A stretch of DNA of 64,000 nt from Octopus sinensis. Lineage: Eukaryota. Below the pieces are notes generated by a model. That model was given only the letters and a program-made list of their open reading frames with translations, made no database searches and was not told where the DNA came from. Both the position numbers and the translations under genes were made by a program. The first letter of the stretch is position 1. Every line of letters starts with the position of its first letter. Of this stretch, positions 37,030 through 50,711 are shown piece by piece. The stretch is taken from contig NC_043009.1 of the NCBI RefSeq assembly GCF_006345805.1, positions 62,124,001 to 62,188,000 on the forward strand, read 5' to 3'.

Positions 37030-37367
37030 CATATAAATATAAGAGAGTAACCCCTATGTGGTCGACTCTAGCACTAAAAGTAGATCCGCTAGGTTTCAGC
37101 CACAAAGAATTGTTTCCGATGAAATTTAGCACGACTACTAGCGCAAACGAACAGGGCAAATAAAAATAACAAAAATGTAGATTAGTTCAGGACAATTGTT
37201 TCGCTATTAATAAATTATGTAATTTTACTCGCACAACATATCTGTAGCTCTTCAGCCGAACCCGTCCAGAATACAATTTACTCGACCGCACGCAAGATTT
37301 TGCCATAACGACAAACACACGTGCGGTTCGGTCGATTGCACTCGCTGTTATAATTCAAGTGCCCCTG

Positions 37368-37420
<53 letters not shown>

Positions 37421-37901
37421 ATATTTTTATGTGTGTGTTTGTGTCTGTGTTTGTCCCCATCACCACCATTTGACAACCGATGTTGGTGTGTTTGCGTCCC
37501 CGTAACTTAGCTGTTCGGCATGAGAGACTGATAGAATAAGCACCAGGCCAACAGGGCATAAGTCCAGGAGGCGATTTCCTCGACTAAAGTGTGGTGCTCC
37601 AGCATGGCCACCGTCAAATAACTGAAACAAGTAAAAGAATAAAAGAATACCAGACAAACGTTCCATACCACTAAACCAAGAAGGTTCCTTGAATATTTAC
37701 GATGTATTTTAAGACTAAATAGTAATTCTGTTTACGTTTGCGTAACTGAGATATTTGGGTTGGATTGCATAGTTAGCGGTTTTACACTTCTTTCTATATT
37801 CTGTAACTGTCACAATATAGTAATATTTCTCATGGCACCAGCACACAATTTACAGATCTTTACATTTGTATGTATCGGTAAATTTTTCACAGGTCCAGCT
37901 A

Positions 37902-37971
<70 letters not shown>

Positions 37972-37976
<5 letters not shown>

Positions 37977-38255
37977 TACCTTCTTTCTTCAAATTTTCTT
38001 CTATTTCTCGCCGAGTGTTTTCCGTACACCTAGGGCAGAGAAGCTCATTGTATGCATTCCCAGATTACACACGCAAATTCACAACAAAAATATGTATTTA
38101 AAAAAATAAATAAATTCATGGATGGATGTTGTTTTCACAGCGATAATGCTCTTCTCAGTACATGAGTCGTTCCAGTTAACACGATTTTTTGCACTTCCTG
38201 GTATCATTTTCAAATAGGTTTCAGTACCTTTTTTTTTTATCATTACTCAAAGCTT
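37972..38255 (-). mobile_element. R4/Dong-like LINE extreme 3' end with (AAT)n tail (duplicated at 39662-39935)
   Basis: Reverse complement of 43050-43345; ends in the (TTA)n tract at 37903-37975. Confidence 0.82.
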
Positions 38256-38269
38256 CAAATTTGGAGGAA

Positions 38270-38798
38270 GGGATTAAGTCGATTACATCGACCCCGAAAG
38301 GATGAAAGGCAAAGTCGACCTCGGCGGAATTTGAACTCAGAACGTAGCGGCAGACAAAATACCTATTTCTTTACTACCCACAAGGGGCTAAACACAGAGG
38401 AGACAAACACGGACAGACAGACAGATTAAGTCAATTATATCGACCCCAATGCGTAACTGGTACTTAATTCATCGACCCCAAAAGGATGAAAGGTAAAGTC
38501 GACCTCGGAGGAATTTGAACTCACAACGTAGCGGCAGACAAAATACCTATTTCTTTACTACCCACAAGGGGCTAAACACAGAGGAGACAAACACGGACAG
38601 ACAGACAGATTAAGTCAATTATATCGACCCCAATGCGTAACTGGTACTTAATTTATCGACCCCGAAAGGATGAAAGGCAAAGTCGACCTCGGCGGAATTT
38701 GAACTCAGAACGTATCGGCAGACGAAATACCTATTTCTTTATTACCCACAAGGGGCTAAACATAGAGGGGACAAACAAGGACAGACATAGGTATTAAG
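38270..38798 (-). repeat. Tandem array of about 180-bp SINE-B-derived units (also 39960-40500)
   Basis: atcgaccccgaaaggatgaaaggcaaagtcgacctcggcggaatttgaactcagaacg...acagacagattaagtc repeated head to tail. Confidence 0.88.
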
Positions 38799-39031
38799 GT
38801 ACTAGCGCAAACGAACAGGGCAAATAAAAATAACAAAAATGTAGATTAGTTCAGGACAATTGTTTCGCTATTAATAAATTATGTAATTTTACTCGCACAA
38901 CATATCTGTAGCTCTTCAGCCGAACCCGTCCAGAATACAATTTACTCGACCGCACGCAAGATTTTGCCATAACGACAAACACACGTGCGGTTCAGTCGAT
39001 TGCACTCGCTGTTATAATTCAAGTGCCCCTG

Positions 39032-39083
<52 letters not shown>

Positions 39084-39604
39084 GTATATATATATATATA
39101 ATATTTTTATGTGTGTGTTTGTGTCTGTGTTTGTCCCCATCACCACCATTTGACAACCGATGTTGGTGTGTTTGCGTCCCCGTAACTTAGCTGTTCGGCA
39201 TGAGAGACTGATAGAATAAGCACCAGGCCAACAGGGCATAAGTCCAGGAGGCGATTTCTTCGACTAAAGTGTGGTGCTCCAGCATGGCCACCGTCAAATA
39301 ACTGAAACAAGTAAAAGAATAAAAGAATACCAGACAAACGTTCCATACCACTAAACCAAGAAGGTTCCTTGAATATTTACGATGTATTTTAAGACTAAAT
39401 AGTAATTCTGTTTACGTTTGCGTAACTGAGATATTTGGGTTGGATTGCATAGTTAGCGGTTTTACACTTCTTTCTATATTCTGTAACTGTCACAATATAG
39501 TAATATTTCTCATGGCACCAGCACACAATTTACAGATCTTTACATTTGTATGTATCGGTAAATTTTTTCACAGGTCCAGCTAGTTATTATTATTATTATT
39601 ATTA

Positions 39605-39662
<58 letters not shown>

Positions 39663-40689
39663 TACCTTCTTTCTTCAAATTTTCTTCTATTTCTCGCCGA
39701 GTGTTTTTCGTACACCTAGGGCAGAGAAGCTCATTGTATGCATTCCCAGATTACACACGCAAATTCACAACAAAAATATGTATTTAAAAAAATAAATAAA
39801 TTCATGAATGGATGTTGTTTTCACATCGATAATGCTCTTCTCAGTACATGAGTCGTTCCAGTTAACACGATTTTTTGCACTTCCTGGTATCATTTTCAAA
39901 TAGGTTTCAGTACCTTTTTTTTTTTTATCATTACTCAAAGCTTCAAATTTGGAGGAAGGGATTAAGTCGATTACATCGACCCCGAAAGGATGAAAGGCAA
40001 AGTCGACCTCAGCGGAATTTGAACTCAGAACGTAGCGGCAGATAAAATACCTATTTCTTTACTACCCACAAGGGGCTAAACACCGAGGAGACAAACACGG
40101 ACAGACAGACAGATTAAGTCAATTATATCGACCCCAATGCGTAACTGGTACTTAATTTATCGACCCCGAAAGGATGAAAGGCAAAGTCGACCTCGGCGGA
40201 ATTTGAACTCAGAACGTATCGGCAGACGAAATACCTATTTCTTTATTACCCACAAGGGGCTAAACATAGAGGGGACAAACAAGGACAGACATAGGTATTA
40301 AGTCGATTACATCGACCCCAGTGCGTAACTGGTACTTAATTCATCGACCCCGAAAGGATGAAAGGTAAAGTCGACCTCGGCGGAATTTGAACTCACAACG
40401 TAACGTCAGACGAAATACGGCTACGGATTTCGCCCGGAGTGCTAACGTCTCTGCCAGCTAAGCATTTTGCCTGGCGTGTCATGATTCTGTCAGCTCGCCG
40501 CCTTAACAACAACAACAACAATGAGAAAGCGATAAAACACTGCTTCGAACTCTATCCAAAAATATCGGGAATAAAGACAACAAATGGAACCTAAAACTAC
40601 TGACAAAATGTTGGACTATATCCGAGTAAGTAATACTCATTAAGATGTGTAGGATGGAAGATTGCGAAGATAAAGCACCGTACAATCAC

Positions 40690-41185
40690 TTGAGAATGAA
40701 TGAAACTGAAAATAGGTAGATAAAGAAAAGAATGCATGGACAATTTCATAGGGATGTTGAAGATAAGACAGACAGAGAAAAAAGATGGCTATGGATGACT
40801 AAAAGTGATTTAAAACCGGAAACGGGGAGGCTCTAATCTGTGCTGCCCAAGAGAAAGCTTTAAGAACCAATTACGTCAAATACAGAATAGTCAACACATC
40901 AGAAAGTAATAAGTGCAGAATTTGTGGATAAAATGGTGAAAGCGTATGGCATATTACCAGCCAATGTACGCCACTAGACCAGAAAATATATAAGAGTCTT
41001 CACGACAATATAGAAAGGATTATCCATTAGACGCTTTGCAACAAGTATGGACTTGGCAGAGCAAGAAAGTGGTACGAACAAATCCGAAAGCATCATCGAA
41101 AATGATAATGCAAAGATCCTATGGGGTTTTATGATTCAGTACGACCATGAGATAGAGAATAGGAAATCAGACATAGTGTAATTGA
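40690..41185 (+). mobile_element. Degenerate R4-like LINE fragment (distinct subfamily)
   Basis: KRMHGQFHRD..WLWMTKSDLKPET..ICAAQEKALRTNY..CRICG..VWHITSQC..HDN..KILWGFMIQYDHEIENRKSDIV. Confidence 0.78.
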
Positions 41186-41269
41186 GAAAGAATGCCCAGC
41201 TGACCACAAGGTATGCGATAAGGAAGATGAAAAGTCGACGGATATGACAGGTTATTGTCGGAGCCCTTG

Positions 41270-42760
41270 GACTTGAGAAGTGTGCCAAGGCCACTTTCCA
41301 GAAAGGTAAAGTGAAGACCACAAATTCAGTCGTGTTAGATGTTGACACAGTCATAAGAGAGCTTGAGCAAGAACAAACATACAAATATTTAGGGATAAAT
41401 GAAGGCTCTGGTATTCAGCATGCAAGCATGAAAGAGAAGATCAGGAAGGAATGTTATAGGAGAGTTCGTGCAGTCCTGAAATCTGAACTAAATGCACGTA
41501 ACAAGGTGTTAGCTATAAATTCCTTAGCAGTTCCAGTTGTTACTTATAGCTACAATGTGTTGAACTGGAATATGAGTGAAGTAAAGAATATAGATAGGAA
41601 AATACGCAAGCTGCTGAGTTGTAATAGGATGCACCACCCAAAGGCAGACGTAGATCGCCTTTACCTTCCCAGAGCCCAAGGAGGTCGAGGCCTGATCCAA
41701 TTTGAACTAGCTTACAAAACAACCACAATTGGACTGGCCAAATATCTTGAAATAACGAATGACTGGATGCTAAAGCTCGTGGAAAATCACGAGAGACGAA
41801 AGAAGCTTCATTCTATCATAAAGGAAAGCAAAACATATGCTATGGATCTCGTGCAGGATACCCAAACTGAACAGCCCGAGGGAAGTACGGCAACTATTGT
41901 TGCAAAGAAGGTGAAAATAATGGCAACGAAAAAAGCGCACGAGCAATTGGCTGATAGGTGGGAGGAGAAACCTCTGCACGGCAAATATGTGGCCCGCAGC
42001 AAACAAGCTGATGTTGACCAGAAGCAAACCCATCAGTGGCTACGGAGCTCAGGGCTAAAAGCTGAGAGCAAAGGTTTCATCCTGGCTGCTCAAGATCAAA
42101 GCCCATTAACCCGGAACTACCAGGCCAATGTGATGAAAAATGGAGCAGACCCAAAATGCCGATTCTGCAACGACATGATTGAAACAGTGGACCATCTAAT
42201 CTCTGGATGTAAAGTCTTAGCACCAGTGGAGTATAAATTAAGACATGACAGAGTTGGCCAATATCTACACTGGCTAATAAGTCGGCATTACAATATCAAA
42301 ACTGCCGACAAGTGGTATAATCACCACCCTGAAGCTGTAACTGAAGGAGAAAATGTAATGATTCTGTGGGACTTTCCAGTACATACAAACCGAACCATCA
42401 AAGCCAATAAACCAGATATTGTTGTGAAAGACCAAAACAATAAAGTTTGCTTATTGATCGATATGAGCATCCCCTGTGATCATAATATCTCGGCGAAAGA
42501 GTTTGACAAGCTCAGAAAATATAAAGACCTACTCATTGAAATTGAGAAAATGTGGCATCTCAAGGCGGTTACAATACCAGTGATCGTAGGAGCACTAGGA
42601 ATGATCAAGAAGGGAACCGAAAATTATATGAGAATGATCCCTGGCTTACCATCCCTGCAAGAAGTGCAAAAGATTGTCTTAACTGGTACATCACACGTAC
42701 TGAGAAGAGCATTGGCGATGTGAGAACTATTACTACCCATGTATTTTAATTTAACTTAAA
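41270..42760 (+). mobile_element. R4/Dong-like LINE, 5'-truncated, uninterrupted 470-aa ORF (RT thumb, CCHC, REL endonuclease)
   Basis: ORF 41311..42723: YKYLGINEG, RLYLPRAQGGRGL, KPLHG, CRFC..ETVDHLISGC, RHD, KPDIVV..LIDMSIP, KEFDKLRKYKDL, IPVIVGALG; followed directly by (AAT)n at 42760-42880. Confidence 0.95.
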
Positions 42761-42798
<38 letters not shown>

Positions 42799-42833
42799 TA
42801 ATAATAATAATGATAATAATAATAATAATAATA

Positions 42834-42871
<38 letters not shown>

Positions 42872-42884
42872 GTAATAAAATATC

Positions 42885-43345
42885 AGACAAAAAGGATGTG
42901 GTTATTAATTGACATGAGTATTCCTTGCGATCACAATATAGCGGCGAAACAATTTGACAAGATCAGTAAATATAAAGACTTGCTAATAGAAATTGAAAAA
43001 ATGTGGCATCTCAAGGCGACTACAGTACCAGTGATTGTAGGAGTTCTAGGAATGATAAAAAAAAAGGTACTGAAACCTATTTGAAAATGATACCAGGCTT
43101 ACCATCCCTACAGGAAGTGTAAAAAATCGTGTTAACTGGAATGGCTCATGTACTGAGAAGAGCATTATCGCTGTGAAAACAACATCCATTCATGAATTTA
43201 TTTATTTATTAATTTTTTTAAATACATATTTTTGTTGTGAATTTGCGTGTGTAATCTGGGAATGCATACAATGAGCTTCTCTGCCCTAGGTGTACGGAAA
43301 ACACTCGGCGAGAAACGGAAGAAAAGTTGAAGAAAGAAGGGAAAA
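42885..43345 (+). mobile_element. Second R4/Dong-like 3' end with 3' UTR
   Basis: WLLIDMSIPCDHNIAAKQFDKISKYKDLLIEIEKMWHLKATTVPVIVGVLGMI. Confidence 0.88.
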
Positions 43346-43348
43346 AGT

Positions 43349-44275
<927 letters not shown>

Positions 44276-44562
44276 TTTCATTTATTTGCCACCGGGGCGA
44301 AGAATGCGCGGGACAATACAAAGACAGATATAAATTGTTGGGGTTTACATATGATGAAATGATAAAATAAATAAATAAATAAATAAATAAAATAGTAAGC
44401 ATTGCAAGGTACACGATGAAAAGGAAGGGAAACATACATAGTATACAACGTTACAAAAAAGTGGGTTAATGATAATGATGTAGTCCTCCTGTGCAGAAGG
44501 ATCTCTAGGGATAATCTAGGAACCCTACTGTTCAAGATCTCCTTGAACACCAACGGCAAGTG

Positions 44563-44945
44563 GAGGCGCAATGGCCCAGTGGTTAGGGCATCGGACTTGC
44601 GGTCGGAGGATCGCGGTTTCGATTCTCAGACCAGGCGTTGTGTATGTTTATTGAGAGAAAACACCTAAAGCTCCACGAGGCTCCGGCAGGGGGTGGTGGA
44701 GACCCCTGTTGTACTCTTTCGCTCCAACTTTCTCTCACTCTTTCTTCCTGTTTCTTGTCCCCGACTTCCTACACAACCGCTGAGCCTGGATGCGCATTCA
44801 TCCATTCGTCGATGCTCTCGGTGTCGGGGGTTGACCTGCTTTCTCTTCTGCGAGTCTTACGAATAGCAAAGGACCACGTTTCGGACTTCTCCCACTACAG
44901 ACGGGACAAAGACCGCTTCGCTCAACAAACAAACAAACACCAAAA
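44563..44945 (+). mobile_element. tRNA-derived SINE with (ACAA)n tail
   Basis: ggcgcaatggcccagtggttaggg..ggtttcgattctc head; aacaaacaaacaaaca tail. Confidence 0.72.
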
Positions 44946-45664
44946 AGCAAGTGCCCTCTCCAGTTCTCTTTCTCTGACTCACAGTTATTTGGCATTTACG
45001 CAACTTTCAACCACCTTTCAATTAATTCATTCGAGAGAACATTGCAGGTTCCCACCCAAACAGTCCTCCTCAGGTTGAAACGAGATTCTCTACTCCTAAC
45101 AGATGACACATTTGCAGAAACCAGGCAACTCCCCAACCCAACATACCCCTCAGGGTTTTTTTCTATTTAGTAGATGAAGTCCCATTGACTTTGCCCCAAG
45201 CGCTTCGTTCGACATGTCTTATAAGCAGTCGAAGTAATTCCCCGCAAAGGAGCGTCAGGTGAGAGTTCTAAGAGGTGAGAATGCAAATCCTACCTCAACC
45301 GGTTTCAATCGTTTTTACGAGACGCAGAAGGCGCGTGGACGCATTCTTTGTCATTCTACTTCCCGCACAGCCGAGATGTGCGATAGCCAGAGCACAAGCA
45401 GCAGCAACAACAACAACAAACTTCTTGGCAAACGAATAAAAACAAACTTCAGTCGAATTTTCCATTTGAATATTTATTTATTTAAAGACATTCTTTCACA
45501 AAGGTATCAGTTTTATCTGTTATATTTTTAAAGTATAATTTATCACTAGAAGCAGAAAATATAAATGATTTATTTAATAACGCAAATATGTATCTTTATA
45601 TATATATACATGCATACATATACATACATACTACATATACATACATACATACATACACACACCA

Positions 45665-45729
<65 letters not shown>

Positions 45730-45980
45730 ATGTGAGGGAATATTATTTCAAACTTACAGGGAAAAATTCAATTTAGAAATACTAAATCAATTTTCACAAA
45801 ATATTATATATATATATATATAAATTAGAAAAAACCCACCTTTAATCAATTCAATAATGAAAAATTAAATCATACCATTTAGAAACTTACATATTATAGA
45901 AAGATTAAATATAAGATAAACATATAACGATGATTAAGTAATGTGCAAAATAATAAATAAAACGTATATATTTTGTATAA

Positions 45981-46085
45981 TAACGACACGAGTTTCGTGG
46001 CTATATTTAAGATATGATAATAGTAAAAATAGTAGTAGTAGTAGTAAAAATCACTTCAATATAAATATAGCCACTCTTCAGGTTA
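45981..46085 (-). ncRNA. Type I hammerhead ribozyme, canonical core
   Basis: taac CTGAAGA gtggctatattta...taaatatagccac GAAAC tcgt GTC gtta; perfect 13-bp stem II; same family as 20516-20619. Confidence 0.85.
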
Positions 46086-46524
46086 AAGATAACAACAATA
46101 ATAAAATAATTAATTAGATAAATTAATATATATATATGTATATGTTTTGGTTACCAACTTTGACCCCCCGCAAAATCCAGGTTCTCTTACTGGTCTTCAG
46201 TGCTCGAAATGGGGAGTTGATGGTCAGCCGACAACTAATGAAGGATCTTTCTTTATGTTACTTGTCTTGTTTTCCTTTTGTTTCTCTCGTTGTTTGCGTA
46301 CTCAACTTTGTTTTCCTATTTCATGTTGTTTACGTTTTGTAACGTCCTGTACCCATATATGTATGTATATATATATATGCACATACATATATGTGTATGT
46401 AGTACATATATGTATGTATGTATGTATATATATATATACTAAGTAATTAAGGGTTTAGCAACGAGTTGCCTCAACCATTATTACTGATAACCATATTTCA
46501 TCCCAGTATATATATATATATATA

Positions 46525-48115
46525 AAAGATTATTTGAGACAAACACACTATTTTGCAAAACAAACAAGGAAAGACTTAATCAATACATAAAATTTAATAA
46601 ATAGTCAAAAAAACCGCCCTACAATCGTTTCTTGTCTTGATCGACAATCTTCAGGTGGACTTCCAATCTAAAAAATCAAAATTTTAAAATATAAAATAAT
46701 ACTTTTAAATAATTAAAATTAAATAATTAAAATTACGATGTATTTATTGTTGTTTCATAAGAGTGTTATGTATATGAGATTGGTTGTGAGTTTTTAATTG
46801 TATAATTAATTTATTTATCTGTATGAGTGTGGGTGTAAATATTGTTGTATATACGAGTTTTAGTGAGTATGTTATATGCGTACATGTGAGGGAGCAATGG
46901 TATCTGTTGTGTGTGTGGTGGTTTTGCTGTGTGTGTGTTTGGGTGTGAATGTGTATTTGGGTTTGTTATAGGATTTGGGATTATGTGTTATTTGTCTGTG
47001 TGGGGGAGGGAGTGGTTTTTGGTGTATATTGAGGTTTATAAGTTAGTATAGGTTTGTGTATAAGTCTTGGGTCTGTGTTTACGTGTGGGTTTTTATGTGT
47101 GTGAATGTTTAGGTTAGGGGGATTGCTATATAAGTTTGTTATAGGGTTTAGCAAAGGGCGATTTTATCGTATATGCTTTTATGAGTTTTGGTTTATCATG
47201 TTTTTTTTAGGTAATTCGTGTGGTATTTTGTCTATTTAGGTGTTGGTTATTTTTTTACATTGTTTTCATTCATAATTTTTGAGTGGTGTTCGTTTGCACG
47301 TGAATAACCGGGTGGTGAATAGCGTTGCTTGGAATGTGAATGGAATAGTGTAGTAGTGAGGTAGGCATAGAGAATGGGATTGGGTTACTGCAAGTTGTTG
47401 TTAGAGATGCTAAGGTGAGTTAAAGCTCCATAAATGGTATATATGTTTTTTGTGGTGTGTAAGTATTGTTGTATATGTCGAGTTTAGTGAGTATGTATAG
47501 GCGTATATGTGAGGGAGTATATGTATCTTTGTGTGGTGAGTGTTTTGCGTGGTGAGTGTGTGTTTTGGTGTGAATGTGTCTATGGGTTTGTTATTTAAGG
47601 TTTGGATGTATGTGTTAATTTGTCTGTGTGGGAGGGAGTGGTGTTTGCGTGTATTGAGGTTTATAAGTAGTATAGGTATGTGTATAAGTCGTGAGTCTGT
47701 GGTTTACGTGTGTGTATTGTGTGTGAATGTGAGTTAGGGGGTTTACTTTTTAGGTTTGTTATAGAGTTTAGCAAAGGGAGATTTTTCGTTATATGTTTTT
47801 AAAGAGTTTTGTTTTATCATGGTTTTTTTAGGGAATTCGTGGTAATTAGTCTATATTTTCGATATGGATTATATATAGGTTATATATGGATTATATACTT
47901 ATATTTTTTCATTTAGATACTTGAATTATTTAAAAGTATTATTTTTTATATTTAAAATTTGATTTTTTAGATTGGAAGTCCACCTGAAGATTGTCGATCA
48001 AGACAAAAACGATTGTAGTGGCGGTTTTTTGACTATTATTAAATTTTATGTATTGATTAAGTCTTTCCTTTGTTTGTTTTGCAAAATAGTGGTTTTGTCT
48101 CAAATAATATTTTAT
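46525..48115. mobile_element. About 1.6-kb element with inverted about 200-bp hammerhead-bearing ends and a GT-rich, about 650-bp-period internal duplication
   Basis: 46525-46725 is the reverse complement of 47915-48115; 46810-47220 resembles 47455-47850. Confidence 0.8.
46616..46668 (-). ncRNA. Minimal type I hammerhead motif
   Basis: ccac CTGAAGA ttgtc gatcaa gacaa GAAAC gatt GTA gggc. The copy at 47980-48021 (+) has intact stem I (ccac/gtgg) but lacks G12; the copy at 52112-52155 (-) has stem III ACAATTGT. Confidence 0.72.
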
Positions 48116-48214
48116 AATATTTTACTATAAAATTGGATTTAATCCTAAATCTGTTTTTTTTCCCTGTAAATTTGGATATATCCCTAATATTTATTATTTA
48201 TATATATATATATA

Positions 48215-48257
<43 letters not shown>

Positions 48258-48306
48258 TATATATATATATATATATATACATACATATATATATATATAT
48301 ATATAG

Positions 48307-48351
<45 letters not shown>

Positions 48352-48389
48352 TATATATTATTATATATATATATATATAATATAGATAT

Positions 48390-48428
<39 letters not shown>

Positions 48429-48615
48429 TACAAATAAGAAGATAGAGAAACACTTTAGTTGGTTTATCAACTTTAGGATATTAGAATGTTGACTTATCTA
48501 TTTATCAAAATGACAACCATAATAACATACATATATACAATATAATTCAATACATATAAGATAAGAATACAAGCAGTTATTAAAAAAACATTAATATAAA
48601 TTGTTAAAATCATTA

Positions 48616-48740
48616 AAATCACAGCTGTTTCAGCCTATGGAAAAAAGTAATTTGTTGTGCCTATACATGTCAATTGTATTGAGGTTATAGGCAGTTAAAA
48701 ATGAGGTACTTCTATATTTCCATAGGCCTCGTCAGAGATT
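48616..48740 (-). ncRNA. Hammerhead motif, same family as 14720-14858, degenerate cleavage site
   Basis: aatct CTGACGA ggcctatggaaa...tttccataggct GAAAC agct GT gattt. Confidence 0.6.
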
Positions 48741-48775
48741 ATAAAGTTTATTCAGAAAACAGATACACGTACATT

Positions 48776-48821
<46 letters not shown>

Positions 48822-48961
48822 ATATATATATATATAATATTATATATATATATATATATATATAACGGAAGCTTTATGAAAATAAACAAAAGACGAAGGC
48901 AGGTGGAAAACAAACGACAATTGTATTAGTATGGCGCTCAGGAAATATAAATAAAACAAGT

Positions 48962-48997
48962 CTTTAACGTTTCGAGCCTACGCTCTTCAACAGAAAG
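48962..48997 (-). ncRNA. Minimal hammerhead-like motif (A6U variant)
   Basis: tcttt CTGTTGA A GAGC gtag GCTC GAAAC GTT aaaga; decayed homolog at 63092-63128. Confidence 0.55.
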
Positions 48998-49296
48998 ATA
49001 CACAGAGGGAGAAAAACACAACAGAAGGAGGGAGAGAAAAAAAATGCGTGCAGTCGCTAACTATATATATATATATGTACATATACATACATATACCATG
49101 AGCAAATATATATATACCTATACATGTACATAGATACATAATAGACATAATTAAGCATACGTCCAAGCATATAGACAATTAATTATATTATATATATATA
49201 ATATATATATAATTATATATATATAATATATATATATATATTATGAAAAAAACAAGTCAAATAGAAAATGCTAAGATAATTTTATAGTGAATCTTT

Positions 49297-49335
49297 CAGT
49301 ACGGGTTTCGGGTCATTTTGAGACCTTTTCAACTG
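49297..49335 (-). ncRNA. Minimal hammerhead-like motif (candidate U3-A8 core)
   Basis: cag TTGAAAA GGTC tcaaaat GACC C GAAAC cc GTA ctg; inverted copy at 50405-50439 with ACCGGT stem III. Confidence 0.55.
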
Positions 49336-49539
49336 TAACGATTAAATAATTAAATTTAGAAAATTAGAAAAAAGGTTTTTTAAAGGAATATTTCTATAGT
49401 AGTGTTCAGATATAAGTGGCATTCTGCCTTTCTCTGACTCCCTTGTTTGCACTTCATGTGTGTTCGAGGTCGTTGTGAGTTTCTTGGTAGGGTAGGAGAA
49501 GAAGAAGGAAGTCCCATTGCGGGATATGCGACTATCTAA

Positions 49540-49900
49540 TTGAGGATCAGAGTTCTCCTTCAAACAGGGACAACGGTTACAGTGAAAAGCAACTTCACAT
49601 GTGCTTCGGAGAACCTAATATACTCACTAACCTGCTCCGGGTGTCAAGAGCAGTACATAGGCCAAACAAAAAATGGTTTGCGTAAACGAATGGCCCTGCA
49701 CAGATCCCAGATAAATTCCCCAAAACAGAAAAATAGCTTTTAGCCAACACATAGATACTTGCGCCAACAAAAAAACACCAAACTTTAGGATTTTCCCCCT
49801 CTACCAATTTAGGGACGATACAACCTCGAGACAACAAATAAGTAAAGAAAATCTCTTATTACAAAATACAGGCCACTTCTTAACGGGTCCTACGACAAAC
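49540..49900 (+). mobile_element. Penelope-like GIY-YIG endonuclease fragment, degenerate
   Basis: TVKSNFTCASENLIYSLTCSGCQEQYIGQTKNGLRKRMALHRSQI. Confidence 0.85.
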
Positions 49901-50029
49901 AATTAATATACCTCAACTTTAAATAAAAGAAATATATACACACAACAAATATTACATTCCATAGAATCCATTACTAATCAGCCCCATCACAACTATACTT
50001 TCACACCATTCATATTCCCCTTCTCTGTT

Positions 50030-50195
50030 TTTTTCTTCTTCTTCCTCTTCTTCTTCATCATCATCATTATCATCATCATCGTCGTCATCATCATCACCAC
50101 CATCATCATCATCATCTTCTCCTTCTCCTTCTTCTTCTTTTTCTTCTTCTTCTTCTTCTTCTTCTTCATCATCATCATCATCAAACATCGTCATC
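50030..50195. repeat. (TTC)n/(ATC)n compound microsatellite
   Basis: Direct reading. Confidence 0.93.
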
Positions 50196-50577
50196 TTCTT
50201 TCTTTTCTACTTCTCCACCTTCTACCCCTTAACCTGTCACTAATGCCTTTCAGTATAACGCCTACGCAAATTCCATAAACAATTCCTGATTGAACTGCGA
50301 CTGCTGTCCGCCACTGACCATTCAAATACGACCATCAGGCATTCCCAGATTTCCCCACCCCTCTCCACACATCAGCCTTCTACTTCTCCTACCCTACCAA
50401 GAAAAGTTGAAAGGTCTCAAAATGACCGAACCGGTACTGAAAAGATTCACTATAAAATTATCTTAGCATTTTCTATTTTTGACTTGTTTTTTCATATATA
50501 TCAACTCGTGTGTTCCTTTCACCCTAATACATATATATATATATATATAATATATATAATATATATATATTATATAT

Positions 50578-50614
<37 letters not shown>

Positions 50615-50711
50615 TTAATCCAAACAAGAAAACACAAAAAACACAACAACGCGAGGACGTGGAACAAATATAGTATTATTGAACGCTCAGAAAAGAAGGG
50701 AAGAAGGAGGG

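Larger units (their letters stand above)
37137..40302 (+). repeat. Near-identical tandem duplication, period about 1.66 kb
   Basis: actagcgcaaacgaacagggc starts at 37137 and 38801; the copies differ mainly in microsatellite length and one SINE-array unit. Confidence 0.93.

Noticed and set aside
38066-38082. ACACGCAAATTC matching part of U6 snRNA
   Set aside because: Only 12 nt, inside an R4 LINE 3' UTR; no other U6 sequence.
38270-40500. Regularly spaced repeats resembling a CRISPR array
   Set aside because: Units are about 180 bp with conserved rather than unique spacers, are SINE-derived, and there are no cas genes in this eukaryotic context.
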